Positions 10,186-19,393 of a DNA stretch of 64,000 bases are shown one piece after another; the stretch's first letter is position 1, and every line of letters starts with the position of its first letter. Source of the DNA: Bacteroidales bacterium (lineage in GTDB: Bacteria > Bacteroidota > Bacteroidia > Bacteroidales > UBA4417). A program made the translations under genes and the position numbers. The stretch is from positions 2,864,784 through 2,928,783 of the forward strand of contig OY762227.1 in NCBI GenBank assembly GCA_963665485.1, written 5' to 3'. Below the pieces are notes generated by a model. That model had not been told where the DNA came from and searched no databases. It saw only the letters and a list, made by a program, of their open reading frames with translations.

Positions 10186-11493
10186 TTAGTCACATTCCTC
10201 GATCACAGTCTTCTTGTTTTTAATTTTTTCATCACGGATCACCCGGAGTAATTCCCTTATTTTATTTCGTTTAATAGCAACATACGAAAAGAAATCCTTC
10301 ACTTCAATCAGCCCGATTTCTTCTTTCTTCAGGTTGCCTTTCTGCATAAGAAATCCTACGATATCTACTTTGTTCAGCTTGTCTTTCTTGCCTTTCCCAA
10401 TATATAAAGTTCCCCATAGGGGTTTTATTGGCAATATCCTGGTATCAGGCAATGTAATAGTATTCAGTTCCTCTTTTATAAAAGCCGGCACAGTTTCATC
10501 AGCACTCAAAATCAGGTACGAATCGCCTTCAGCATTCATTCGGGCCGTGCGTCCGTTGCGGTGAATATATACTTCTTCATTTGGCGGCAAATGATAATGT
10601 ATTACATGCTTTATTTCAGGGATATCCAATCCGCGCGAAGCCAGATCGGTACATACCAGGATGTTGCAGCTTCCATTCCTGAATTTCCCCAGCACACGCT
10701 CCCGGATATGCTGCTCCAGTCCACCATGAAAATATTCATTCACAACCAGGCTATCCGTTAACGAATCGCTCACCCTTTGTGCTGCTTCCCTGTGATTGCA
10801 AAACACCAGGGTCTGTTCTCCGCCAAGGTGACACAACAATTGGAACAGGGTAGATAATTTATCTTTATGGTCTGATCGTACTATATTGCACCGAATTCCT
10901 TGTAGCGCCTGGCTTTCGTTTAAATAGTCAATCATATACGGATCAGTAATACCAGTGAATGCAGGGACTTCAAGCGCTTTTGTAGCAGAAGTCAGTATTC
11001 GTTTTTTAATGCCACTGAGGGTGTCAATAATTGCTGACATTTCGGACTGGAAGCCCAGTTCAAGTGATTTGTCGAATTCGTCAAGAATAAGTGTGTGAAT
11101 TCCTTCAGTATTAAAGTTATTACGTGAGATATGGTCTAAAAGACGTCCCGGAGTTCCTACAAGTATAGCTGGTGGCTCCAATAAATTATTCTTCTCAACG
11201 CTCATTTTATGCCCGCCATAGCAACAACTCACTTTAAGCCCGGTATTCATCGATTTAAAAACATCTTCGATCTGTAGCGCTAATTCACGCGATGGTGTAA
11301 TAACCATAGCCTGAACTTTGTTGTTGTCCTTTTCGAGGTTGGTTAAAACGGGTAAAAGAAAGGCAAGCGTTTTTCCTGAACCTGTAGGTGAAAGTAAAAT
11401 TATGTTTTTATGCTTGCTGATGGCCTCAACCGAAGCTAGCTGCATAGTGTTTAGCGCTTCAATATTCAGCTTTTGCAGTATTTTCTTAATCAA
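10186..11493 (-). CDS. dbpA: DEAD-box RNA helicase with DbpA RNA-binding domain
   Basis: SPTGSGKT, PSRELA, TPGR, DEFD, SAT, SRGLD, HRNGRTAR; C-terminal GKKDKL...DIVG domain. Confidence 0.85.
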   Translation of the reverse strand: MIKKILQKLNIEALNTMQLASVEAISKHKNIILLSPTGSGKTLAFLLPVLTNLEKDNNKVQAMVITPSRELALQIEDVFKSMNTGLKVSCCYGGHKMSVEKNNLLEPPAILVGTPGRLLDHISRNNFNTEGIHTLILDEFDKSLELGFQSEMSAIIDTLSGIKKRILTSATKALEVPAFTGITDPYMIDYLNESQALQGIRCNIVRSDHKDKLSTLFQLLCHLGGEQTLVFCNHREAAQRVSDSLTDSLVVNEYFHGGLEQHIRERVLGKFRNGSCNILVCTDLASRGLDIPEIKHVIHYHLPPNEEVYIHRNGRTARMNAEGDSYLILSADETVPAFIKEELNTITLPDTRILPIKPLWGTLYIGKGKKDKLNKVDIVGFLMQKGNLKKEEIGLIEVKDFFSYVAIKRNKIRELLRVIRDEKIKNKKTVIEECD

Positions 11494-11678
11494 TTTGATG
11501 CTTTGTTTAGTATTTGGCGAAGGTACAATAAAACCAGCCGTGAATACAAAATTTAGAAAGGTGACTCAATTAATGCGATATTATATCATTGATAAACAAA
11601 TAAATAACTCAAATTACGGACGTAACTGAATCTTATTTATTTAATAATCCCTGGTCATTACTGATTGGTTTACAGATT

Positions 11679-11706
11679 AAAAAAGAGCTGCCTTACAGCA
11701 GCTCTT
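11679..11706 (-). terminator. Intrinsic terminator
   Basis: AAGAGCTGC/GCAGCTCTT stem with U-tract on the minus strand, downstream of the 11751 ORF. Confidence 0.75.
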
Positions 11707-11750
11707 AATAAAAATATTTTATCCAGTGAAGCTCAAACCAATGTGAAAAG

Positions 11751-13295
11751 CTACAGCAAATTTAATTGGTTATCAGCAGTAGTTTTAGGTTTCCTGCCCC
11801 TGGTTTTCTTATCGCTTTGAATCTGAATGTTTTTATACTGTTTGTATTTCAATCCGATGTAGCCTAGCTTAAAGAATATGTAGGTATTTGTTTTATCAAG
11901 TTTCAGGTTCGAAAGGATGTTCTTATCGGTAGTTCTTCTGAACTTATTTACGTACGAAGCTATTTCTGAAATATGTTTTGGCTCAGCTGTTGATGAAAGG
12001 AATTCTTTAACCAGTTCTTTGATAGTACCTGTTTTTACCATATCCCATTCCTTGAGTGCATAGGTACTGGTTTTACCGATTGCCGCAACCTCATCAATAC
12101 TCAAAATAGATGACCGTAAGGATTCAATATTTGGAGGAATACGCTTTGAGCGGGTTTTCAGCTCTTTACATATTTCGGTAAGTTTCATAGGGCGTCCTAC
12201 GGATTGAAGAATACTTATGATATGTTCGGAAAGTTTTACAAGCGAATTACGTCTGAAAACAATATTGGTCTTATCATATCCGAGACCAAATTCTTCTGTA
12301 GCCATACGTTTACAAATTTGTTTAAGCCTGTCGTTTACAATTTGTCCAGGCAAAACAAAATGGTTAAGATAACCAAGTAAGTCAACAGGCACATCATTGA
12401 CCTTACGGACTGAATTGCGTTCTTCAATGTCATTTATAAATGCCCTGAAGTCGAATACTTCTTTATATTTTCGGCTTACCAGGTAATAATGTTGATAATT
12501 GCTTTCGATGCTTTGGGTGCTGATGAAATAGCGTTGGAAAATTCCTGAAAACACAAGAGAATAAAGTTTGCCTGTATAGGTCAGATTTTCCTTTTTGTTT
12601 ATCTGATCTACCAGTTCCTGGTTTATTACAATAATTTCTTTTTTAAGGTCCAAACCGTAATCAAAGTGCTTGTCAATATTTACAAAACGATGTGAAATCT
12701 TTGTAATTGCATTAAACACCTTATCCGGAACTTTTTGGGAGATTTGACGTACTCTTTCGCGGGTAATGCTGTAGTGGTCTCCTATGGCTTGTAAGGTGCG
12801 TTTCTGTGACTTTTCAACAAAGCCATAGTTGTTATTGAAGATATACTGCTCACGATCGTTTAGGATATATTTGATCATGGTTTGTACATAACTGAATAAA
12901 GGAAAATTCTTCGAAATAAATGCTGCTTTGTATGATTCAGTTACTTCGGAAGGAACTTTAAAGTTTACATAACAGAAAAGTTTAAAATCCTCAAATCCCA
13001 GTAATGGTTCGTTCATTCTCAAATCTTCAAGTGTAAGTCCTGAAATGCTCAGGTACTTCTTTGACAGAGTTATTAATTCAATGTCAGTTTTAAGGCCACA
13101 ATTCCTTATATCGCGGAAAGTATTCCGTTCAAGGAAATAATAGAGGATTTTGAACAATGTATCAAGAGAGCCTTCAACGCATACATTTTTTGTTCTTTCT
13201 GAAAGGTTTTCCATCCTTTTCAGTTCCTCTATATGATAATTTATAAGTTTTGATAATGGGGCCACGATATTTTTGATTTTATGTTTAACATACAA
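11751..13295 (-). CDS. Hypothetical multi-HTH protein (alphaCTD-like HhH + sigma70 region-4 HTH + two winged helices)
   Basis: 514-aa ORF with LSERTKNVC...IRNCGLKTDIEL, RTLQAIGDHYSITRERVRQI and GRPMKLTEI...TYALKEW; start may be GTG at 13265. Confidence 0.75.
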   Translation of the reverse strand: MYVKHKIKNIVAPLSKLINYHIEELKRMENLSERTKNVCVEGSLDTLFKILYYFLERNTFRDIRNCGLKTDIELITLSKKYLSISGLTLEDLRMNEPLLGFEDFKLFCYVNFKVPSEVTESYKAAFISKNFPLFSYVQTMIKYILNDREQYIFNNNYGFVEKSQKRTLQAIGDHYSITRERVRQISQKVPDKVFNAITKISHRFVNIDKHFDYGLDLKKEIIVINQELVDQINKKENLTYTGKLYSLVFSGIFQRYFISTQSIESNYQHYYLVSRKYKEVFDFRAFINDIEERNSVRKVNDVPVDLLGYLNHFVLPGQIVNDRLKQICKRMATEEFGLGYDKTNIVFRRNSLVKLSEHIISILQSVGRPMKLTEICKELKTRSKRIPPNIESLRSSILSIDEVAAIGKTSTYALKEWDMVKTGTIKELVKEFLSSTAEPKHISEIASYVNKFRRTTDKNILSNLKLDKTNTYIFFKLGYIGLKYKQYKNIQIQSDKKTRGRKPKTTADNQLNLL

Positions 13296-13340
13296 ATTTA
13301 AGCAAAAATTTAGTGAATTTTACATAAAATATCTAAGAAA

Positions 13341-14126
13341 TCAAAAATTATTTTTATAAAGCTGTTTGCAAATTTCGTAACATATGATTCCATTGGCTAT
13401 GGAAGCATTTAACGATTCGGCATGATTTTCGGTTCCTGAAACTGAAAAGTGGGGGATATGAATTGGTTCGTTTATGAATGGTGCCAGGCTTCCTGATATT
13501 CCATGCGATTCGCTGCCAATCAGCACTATCCCTGGACGTGTAAATACTTTCTGCGTAATGTCGGGGCCTTCAAGCAAGGCTCCGAATACTGGAATTTCAG
13601 CCGGCAGACTTTTAAAGAAATCAGGAAGATTAAGGTAATAAACCTCAACCCTGCTGAATGATCCCATCGTTGCCTGCACAACTTTTGGATTATACATATC
13701 AACGGAGTCGGTTGAACAAATAATTTTACTGATTCCGAACCAATCGGCTGTGCGGATCATGGTTCCCATGTTTCCTGGATCACGGATACCATCCAGGGCA
13801 AGCGTTATTCCTGTAAAATCATTTGGGGCAGGTAAAATACTCTCAGGTATTTCAGCTAAAGCCAATACCTGGTTTGGATTAATAAGGTCAGTAATTTTAT
13901 TGAGTTCAATTTCGGTGATTTCCTGATGATCAAGGTTCTTCCTTTTCAAAAGGGAGATATTTTTATCAATCCAATCCGGCAAAGCATATATTTTTAAAGT
14001 TTGTAAGGAGCTTCTGAGCAGTTCATCAACACCTTTTTCTCCTTCAACGATAAACGCTTTGTGTAACTGTCTGAATTTCTTTATCTTCAGAGAGTTGATA
14101 TATTTAATCTGGTTGTGTGAAATCAT
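13341..14126 (-). CDS. TrmH/SpoU-family RNA methyltransferase
   Basis: DPGNMGTMIRTADWFG, IGSESHG, ESLNAS. Confidence 0.92.
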   Translation of the reverse strand: MISHNQIKYINSLKIKKFRQLHKAFIVEGEKGVDELLRSSLQTLKIYALPDWIDKNISLLKRKNLDHQEITEIELNKITDLINPNQVLALAEIPESILPAPNDFTGITLALDGIRDPGNMGTMIRTADWFGISKIICSTDSVDMYNPKVVQATMGSFSRVEVYYLNLPDFFKSLPAEIPVFGALLEGPDITQKVFTRPGIVLIGSESHGISGSLAPFINEPIHIPHFSVSGTENHAESLNASIANGIICYEICKQLYKNNF

Positions 14127-14148
14127 ACTTTGCAGGTTAGTTCAGTGC

Positions 14149-14176
14149 AAAAAAAATCCCGGAATAATCCGGGATT
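14149..14176 (-). terminator. Intrinsic terminator of rpsF-rpsR-rplI
   Basis: AATCCCGGA/TCCGGGATT stem plus U8 on the minus strand. Confidence 0.8.
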
Positions 14177-14208
14177 AAATTAACAATAATATTGTTGCAA
14201 GGGTACAA

Positions 14209-14658
14209 TTATTCAGCTATAACCTCGAAATTGACGTTTACAAGCAAATCCTTGTGAAGACGGATACTTGCGGTATAGCTCCCTGTTTCCTTGATTGATT
14301 CGCCATCAACATGGATTTTCTTGCGGTCGATATCAATTTTGAATTGATCGCGAAGTGCATCCGCTATTTGTATAGCATTAACTGATCCGTAAATTTTTCC
14401 GGTTTCAGCAGCTTTAGCTCCGATTTTCACTGTAATGTTCTCAAGTGACTGAGCAACCAATTCAGCTTCTTTCTTTGTTTTCTGAGCTTTGAATGATTTC
14501 TGACGTAGGTCTTCCGCATTAATCTTCCTGTTCGGCACGGTTGCCATTACAGCGTGTCCCTGGGGAATAAGAAAATTGCGGGCAAAGCCGTCTTTAACAT
14601 TTACCACATCGTGTGCGTAACCTAAGTTGGTTACATCCTTTTTGAGTATAATTTCCAT
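14209..14658 (-). CDS. rplI: 50S ribosomal protein bL9
   Basis: VKDGFARNFLIPQG; operon context. Confidence 0.98.
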   Translation of the reverse strand: MEIILKKDVTNLGYAHDVVNVKDGFARNFLIPQGHAVMATVPNRKINAEDLRQKSFKAQKTKKEAELVAQSLENITVKIGAKAAETGKIYGSVNAIQIADALRDQFKIDIDRKKIHVDGESIKETGSYTASIRLHKDLLVNVNFEVIAE

Positions 14659-14663
14659 TGGAG

Positions 14664-14670
14664 CCTCCTA
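14664..14670 (-). promoter_or_regulatory. Shine-Dalgarno sequence of rplI
   Basis: TAGGAGG, 5 nt before the ATG. Confidence 0.7.
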
Positions 14671-14943
14671 CTATTTTAATAAATCTGCAACGTAAGGTAA
14701 TAACGACAAGTGACGGGCACGTTTAACAGCCTGGGCTACTTTGCGCTGGTACTTGGTACTTGTTCCGGTTAACCGGCGTGGTAAAATCTTACCTTGCTCG
14801 TTAATAAACTTGAGCAGGAAGTCTGCATCTTTGTAATCGATGTACTTAATACCGCTCTTTTTGAAACGGCAGTATTTTTTCTTTTTGACGTCAACCGTAA
14901 TGGGAGTCAGGTATTTGATATCCGAATTTCCTTGTGTGGCCAT
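14671..14943 (-). CDS. rpsR: 30S ribosomal protein bS18
   Basis: [23 protein letters not shown]. Confidence 0.98.
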   Translation of the reverse strand: MATQGNSDIKYLTPITVDVKKKKYCRFKKSGIKYIDYKDADFLLKFINEQGKILPRRLTGTSTKYQRKVAQAVKRARHLSLLPYVADLLK

Positions 14944-14967
14944 TTTTCTGATTTTTTAGGGTTACAA

Positions 14968-15327
14968 TTAAGCCTGTGCTTTTTCTGCAGTTTTTTCTGC
15001 TTTTTTAGCACGACGTTTTGCGCTGTAAGCAACAGCGTGTTTATCGCAAACAACTGTGAGAAAGCGAAGTATCCGCTCGTCACGTTTCAGGGCGATTTCG
15101 AAATCGTTGATCAGTTTACCTTCAGCAAGAAATTCGAACTGGTGATAAAACCCGGTCGATTTTTTCTGAATTGGGTAAGCTAACTTACGTAAACCCCAAT
15201 TGTCGTCGTTAATAATTGTAGCCCCTTTGTCGTTAAGGAACTTCTGGAACTTGCTTACCGTTTCCTTCATCTGTTCATCAGATAAAACGGGAGTCATAAT
15301 GAAAACGGCTTCGTACTGTCTAATCAT
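14968..15327 (-). CDS. rpsF: 30S ribosomal protein bS6
   Basis: [16 protein letters not shown]; start at ATG 15327. Confidence 0.97.
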   Translation of the reverse strand: MIRQYEAVFIMTPVLSDEQMKETVSKFQKFLNDKGATIINDDNWGLRKLAYPIQKKSTGFYHQFEFLAEGKLINDFEIALKRDERILRFLTVVCDKHAVAYSAKRRAKKAEKTAEKAQA

Positions 15328-15377
15328 TTGTTTTACTTTAATTTGTGTTTGTACTTTGTGATTTCTACAAATGGAGC

Positions 15378-15408
15378 GCAAAAGTACAAATTCTTTTTAA
15401 GTTACAAA
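15378..15408 (-). promoter_or_regulatory. Housekeeping promoter of the rpsF operon (also copy 1 of a 31-bp direct repeat)
   Basis: TTTG-N18-TACTTTTG matches the Bacteroidota -33/-7 consensus. Confidence 0.75.
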
Positions 15409-15475
15409 CAAATCGTCAAATATATCTTTAGAAAAACTTCGATTTCGGTCACAAAAATAAGAATAGAATAAATTA

Positions 15476-16648
15476 TTAACGCATTCTGTAACCAAGAATA
15501 AGTGAAAATCTCTGATACACTGTGTCCCAATAAACATATTTGTACAATAATTGTCTGTTAGAATAATATCTCATTTCGGTACTTAATTTTTTGTATCCTA
15601 TTCCACCTCCCAATGCAAGGCAATTGCCGCTTGCAATTTCAAGATCCGATATTGTTGAATTAAAATCTATGCTTATGGATGTTATGAACAAAGCATTTAG
15701 GAAAACATTTAAATTTTCGTTTAAGTAGAATCTGTGCTGTAGTCCTATTGGGAATTCAATAGATTGATATTTGATTTTTATTGTTTCCGAACCTCTCTGC
15801 CCGCTGGAATTAAAATACTGATAGCTGGGATCAAACAGGATTCCCCATTTATTTTTGTTAAAGGGAAGTAAATATTCGGCTTGAACTCCTATTCTAAAAT
15901 TTAGTTGATTACCAAAATCTGTGTACAAATTAGGAATATCACCGTTAGAAACCGTTACCCCTGAATAATTTAAACCAGGTGTAATCCTTACCTGTAAGAG
16001 ATTTTGTTTCTTTTTTTCGGTATAGGCCTCTGTATGAGAGTCTTCCACTCCATTATATTTTTTAAAGTATCGTTCAAGTTCAGTTCGGGAATAACGCAAG
16101 TTTTCAACCGAATTCAGCCCCGCATCAGCACATCTTACATTATTCCAGAGTTGCTCGCGAAATTTAAAATTTTCGGCAGTCTGATCGTTTTCAACATAGT
16201 ATTGCTTGTAAATCAATTGATTAATAGTTGAATCTGAAACTGAATAGAAAAAGCGTATTAGTTTATCTTTTTCATAATAATAAAGTTTAGCTTTTCCTTC
16301 AACTAATACTTTTAAAAATATACGCTCCTGCGACCATTCCGGATCGCGCTCTTTTGAGAGGCTAATGAGATCAGCCGGAGAAACATCAATTTTCACATCT
16401 GCCCGTAAATATCTGGAAAACCCGGTAATGCCAAACTCTTTTATCGTAGTAAGTGTACCTGTTTTTTCTTCAACATTCTCTGTCAATTTAAATTTAAATT
16501 CCGTTGGATTGTTTTTCCAATCGTTGTTTTTGATCAGGCATTCAACCCGCTGGTTTTCGTTATTAATAAAATAGCCTTTTTCAAAATTGATTTGACCGAT
16601 AGCGCTTACGCTAATGAGGAGAATTAAAGCAATAAGTTTGGTTTTCAT
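15476..16648 (-). CDS. Hypothetical outer-membrane protein (N-terminal domain plus C-terminal beta-barrel)
   Basis: Signal peptide; alternating beta-strand pattern; terminal FSLILGYRMR. Confidence 0.7.
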   Translation of the reverse strand: MKTKLIALILLISVSAIGQINFEKGYFINNENQRVECLIKNNDWKNNPTEFKFKLTENVEEKTGTLTTIKEFGITGFSRYLRADVKIDVSPADLISLSKERDPEWSQERIFLKVLVEGKAKLYYYEKDKLIRFFYSVSDSTINQLIYKQYYVENDQTAENFKFREQLWNNVRCADAGLNSVENLRYSRTELERYFKKYNGVEDSHTEAYTEKKKQNLLQVRITPGLNYSGVTVSNGDIPNLYTDFGNQLNFRIGVQAEYLLPFNKNKWGILFDPSYQYFNSSGQRGSETIKIKYQSIEFPIGLQHRFYLNENLNVFLNALFITSISIDFNSTISDLEIASGNCLALGGGIGYKKLSTEMRYYSNRQLLYKYVYWDTVYQRFSLILGYRMR

Positions 16649-16704
16649 AAAATGATACTATTAATAGAGAATATTCTGTCAGTAGAAATTTGCCTGAATA
16701 TTAT

Positions 16705-16735
16705 GCATAAGTACAAATTCTTTTTAAATTACAAA
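16705..16735 (-). repeat. Copy 2 of the 31-bp rpsF-promoter direct repeat
   Basis: GCATAAGTACAAATTCTTTTTAAATTACAAA vs GCAAAAGTACAAATTCTTTTTAAGTTACAAA (29/31 identical). Confidence 0.8.
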
Positions 16736-16798
16736 AATATTGACGATACAATTTCAATATAATCGAAATATGCTGAACCGGATTGATTGATGGAAGAA

Positions 16799-17569
16799 TT
16801 ACTTCCTGCCAGGGATCAATTTTGTAAACGGCATAATATCATTCAGGCTATCTTCAATAAAATTTGGTTTTGATCCATTCACAATATAAACCGTGATGTA
16901 TTTCTCAAAACAGATTTTTACAGCATTTATTTTTGACGTCATTCCACCTGTTCCAAGGCCATTATCATTTTCCTCAATAAATTGACTGATCGATCCCAAA
17001 TCTGAAATTTCTGTGATTAACCTGGCATCATCGTGAAGTTTCGGGTTTTTGTCAAATAATCCGTCGATATCGGATGCGATGATCAGCTTGTCTGCGTTTA
17101 TTAAATTTGCCACCATAGCTGATAATTTATCATTATCTCCCAGTATCAGTTCTTCCACGGCAACCGTATCATTTTCATTAATTATGGGAATATAATTATG
17201 AGCTAATAATTCACTGATTGTGTTTGCCGTATTGGTTCTCGAAACCTCGTTTTCAAAATCGCGATAGGTCATTAAACATTGGGCAATTTTAAGATTGAAA
17301 TCACCGAATACTTCGCTGTAAATCTGCATTAATTTGGGCTGTCCAATAGCTGATAAGGCTTGTTTGGATTGAACAATATTTTCCCAACCTTCGATATTTA
17401 CAAATTGCCTGGCGGTAGCAATAGCGCCCGACGAAACTAAAACTATATCGTAATTTTCCTTTAACCTGTCTAATTGTCTGGCTATGTCTTCGATTTTACC
17501 TCTCGAAATTTTATTGGTTCCCGAAGTAAGTGTTGATGTGCCAATCTTTACAACAATAATTCCTTTCAT
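16799..17569 (-). CDS. proB: Glutamate 5-kinase (no PUA domain)
   Basis: VVKIGTS, VSSGA, PIINENDTV, GDNDKL, GTGGMTSK. Confidence 0.95.
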   Translation of the reverse strand: MKGIIVVKIGTSTLTSGTNKISRGKIEDIARQLDRLKENYDIVLVSSGAIATARQFVNIEGWENIVQSKQALSAIGQPKLMQIYSEVFGDFNLKIAQCLMTYRDFENEVSRTNTANTISELLAHNYIPIINENDTVAVEELILGDNDKLSAMVANLINADKLIIASDIDGLFDKNPKLHDDARLITEISDLGSISQFIEENDNGLGTGGMTSKINAVKICFEKYITVYIVNGSKPNFIEDSLNDIMPFTKLIPGRK

Positions 17570-17570
17570 T

Positions 17571-18758
17571 TTATTTCCGTGTTTGTCCATTTCCTGTGAT
17601 ATACCATTTGTTTGTAACGAGTTGCGCTAATCCTACCGGGCCGCGGAAATGAAGTTTTTGGGTGCTGATAGCGATTTCTGCTCCAAATCCAAATTGGCCG
17701 CCATCGGTAAACCTCGAAGATGCATTATGATAAACGGCAGCACAGTCCACGTTGTTCTGGAATTCTTGCGCCACAGTTTTATCATCAGTTACAATTACCG
17801 CTGAGTGACCGCCTGAATATTTATTGATTGTATCAATTGCATTTTCAACTGTTTCAACAAGGCCAAACAGGATTTTTGGAGAAAGAAACTCCTGTTCGTA
17901 CATCAAATGATCTTCCATTTGTTTGATTAAATCAAACGATTTGAAGAAATCCCCATCCCCATAGACATCCAACTTGATTTCTAACGCTTTCGCAAGAACA
18001 AGTTCAACTTTCTGCTTTAAGTTTTCAGTATTTGTGTTAAACAGAACTTTATCAATCGCATTACAAACACTCAGCCTGCTTTTGCCGTTCATAATAATAT
18101 TCTGAGCCATTGTAAAATCAGCATCCGAATGCACATATACAAAATTATTGCCTCTGCCACTGATAATGAGAGGTACAGAAGTGTTTTGTTTAATGTAATC
18201 AATCAACGCTTCGCCTCCTCGTGGAATGATGAGATCTAACCGGAAGTGATTTTCTTTCAATAGTTTTTGGGTTTCCGTCCTGTCAATATCCAGGTAGGTT
18301 ACTATATCCAGAGGTAAATTATTCATTTGTAAGGCTTGTGCCCATAACTTTACCAGGAAGAGATTGGTATTTTTTGATTCTTTTCCTCCTTTTAAGTAGA
18401 TTTTATTTCCTGCCTTAAAGGCATTAATTGCCGCTTCAATGGTTACGTCGGGCCTGGATTCATAAATGATCAGAATACGGCCAAAAGGAACTGATCTGTT
18501 TTCTACTTTCATTCCGTTAGGGTGATCGTAGTGGTGAAGTACCTGTCCTTCAGGATCTTCAAGATTGATTACTTCATTGATTGACGCGATCATGGCTTCA
18601 ACCTTTTTTTCGTCTACTTTTAACCTGTCGAACAGGGTTGGGTCAAGATTATCGGTACCAGCCAGGTCAATTTTATTTTGCCTGATTATTTCAGATTTAT
18701 TTTTTGAAATAAGCTCTGCCAGGTCGAATAAGGTTTTATTCTTTATATCGGTTTGCAT
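17571..18758 (-). CDS. proA: Gamma-glutamyl phosphate reductase
   Basis: IYESRP, PRGG, CNA, NASSRFTDG, ISTQKLHFRGPVGL. Confidence 0.95.
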   Translation of the reverse strand: MQTDIKNKTLFDLAELISKNKSEIIRQNKIDLAGTDNLDPTLFDRLKVDEKKVEAMIASINEVINLEDPEGQVLHHYDHPNGMKVENRSVPFGRILIIYESRPDVTIEAAINAFKAGNKIYLKGGKESKNTNLFLVKLWAQALQMNNLPLDIVTYLDIDRTETQKLLKENHFRLDLIIPRGGEALIDYIKQNTSVPLIISGRGNNFVYVHSDADFTMAQNIIMNGKSRLSVCNAIDKVLFNTNTENLKQKVELVLAKALEIKLDVYGDGDFFKSFDLIKQMEDHLMYEQEFLSPKILFGLVETVENAIDTINKYSGGHSAVIVTDDKTVAQEFQNNVDCAAVYHNASSRFTDGGQFGFGAEIAISTQKLHFRGPVGLAQLVTNKWYITGNGQTRK

Positions 18759-18835
18759 GAAATTCGGAATTTTGTTAGAGATTCGTAAAACCAACGGAAC
18801 AATCTGGCTTCACTCAATGTTTGATCCGGACTTTA

Positions 18836-18843
18836 CAAAAGTA
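18836..18843 (-). promoter_or_regulatory. -7 promoter box upstream of proAB
   Basis: TACTTTTG. Confidence 0.55.
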
Positions 18844-19001
18844 CGAAACAAAAAACAAACTTAAGTTTTCGGGAGAACCGGGTAATGAAAAACTTATGAC
18901 AAGGATGGCGCAGAAGGAATTGAGCCTTACCGTTTTATTCGTAAAGAAATCGGTTATAGGTAAGATATCAGTAATTAAAAATCAGAATCCAGGAACTTGA
19001 T

Positions 19002-19358
19002 TTATTTTGGTTTCCGGTTATATCCTTTGTTATCAAAAGGTTGTAAGTCTTCAATTATCATTTGTTCAAGAGCTTTGATCTCATTCCTGTAATTTAAAGG
19101 CTTATCTTCGGTTTCCTGAATTTCCTCAAGTATTTCATAACTAAAATTATCCTTGCCATATTCTTTCCAGTCTCTTTGCAAATCGCTATTCGGATGAGTT
19201 CCCGTTTCAAGTTGTAATTTTTGAGAAAACCATATTGCCTTTAAATCCAGGCTACTTCCAATAAAAATTTTGTCATTAATTGTGTTCCTGATTTGGAATA
19301 CACCCATTTTATATTTTATCTGTTTATATTCCTCTTTAATTTCCTTTCGAGTCTTCAT
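19002..19358 (-). CDS. Small GIY-YIG nuclease-family protein
   Basis: GVFQIRN...KIFIGSS, H.N..LQ.DW..YG..NF.YEILE, terminal GYN. Confidence 0.85.
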   Translation of the reverse strand: MKTRKEIKEEYKQIKYKMGVFQIRNTINDKIFIGSSLDLKAIWFSQKLQLETGTHPNSDLQRDWKEYGKDNFSYEILEEIQETEDKPLNYRNEIKALEQMIIEDLQPFDNKGYNRKPK

Positions 19359-19393
19359 GTTATTAGTTTTCATTAAGTGCCAGGTGATTTTGC

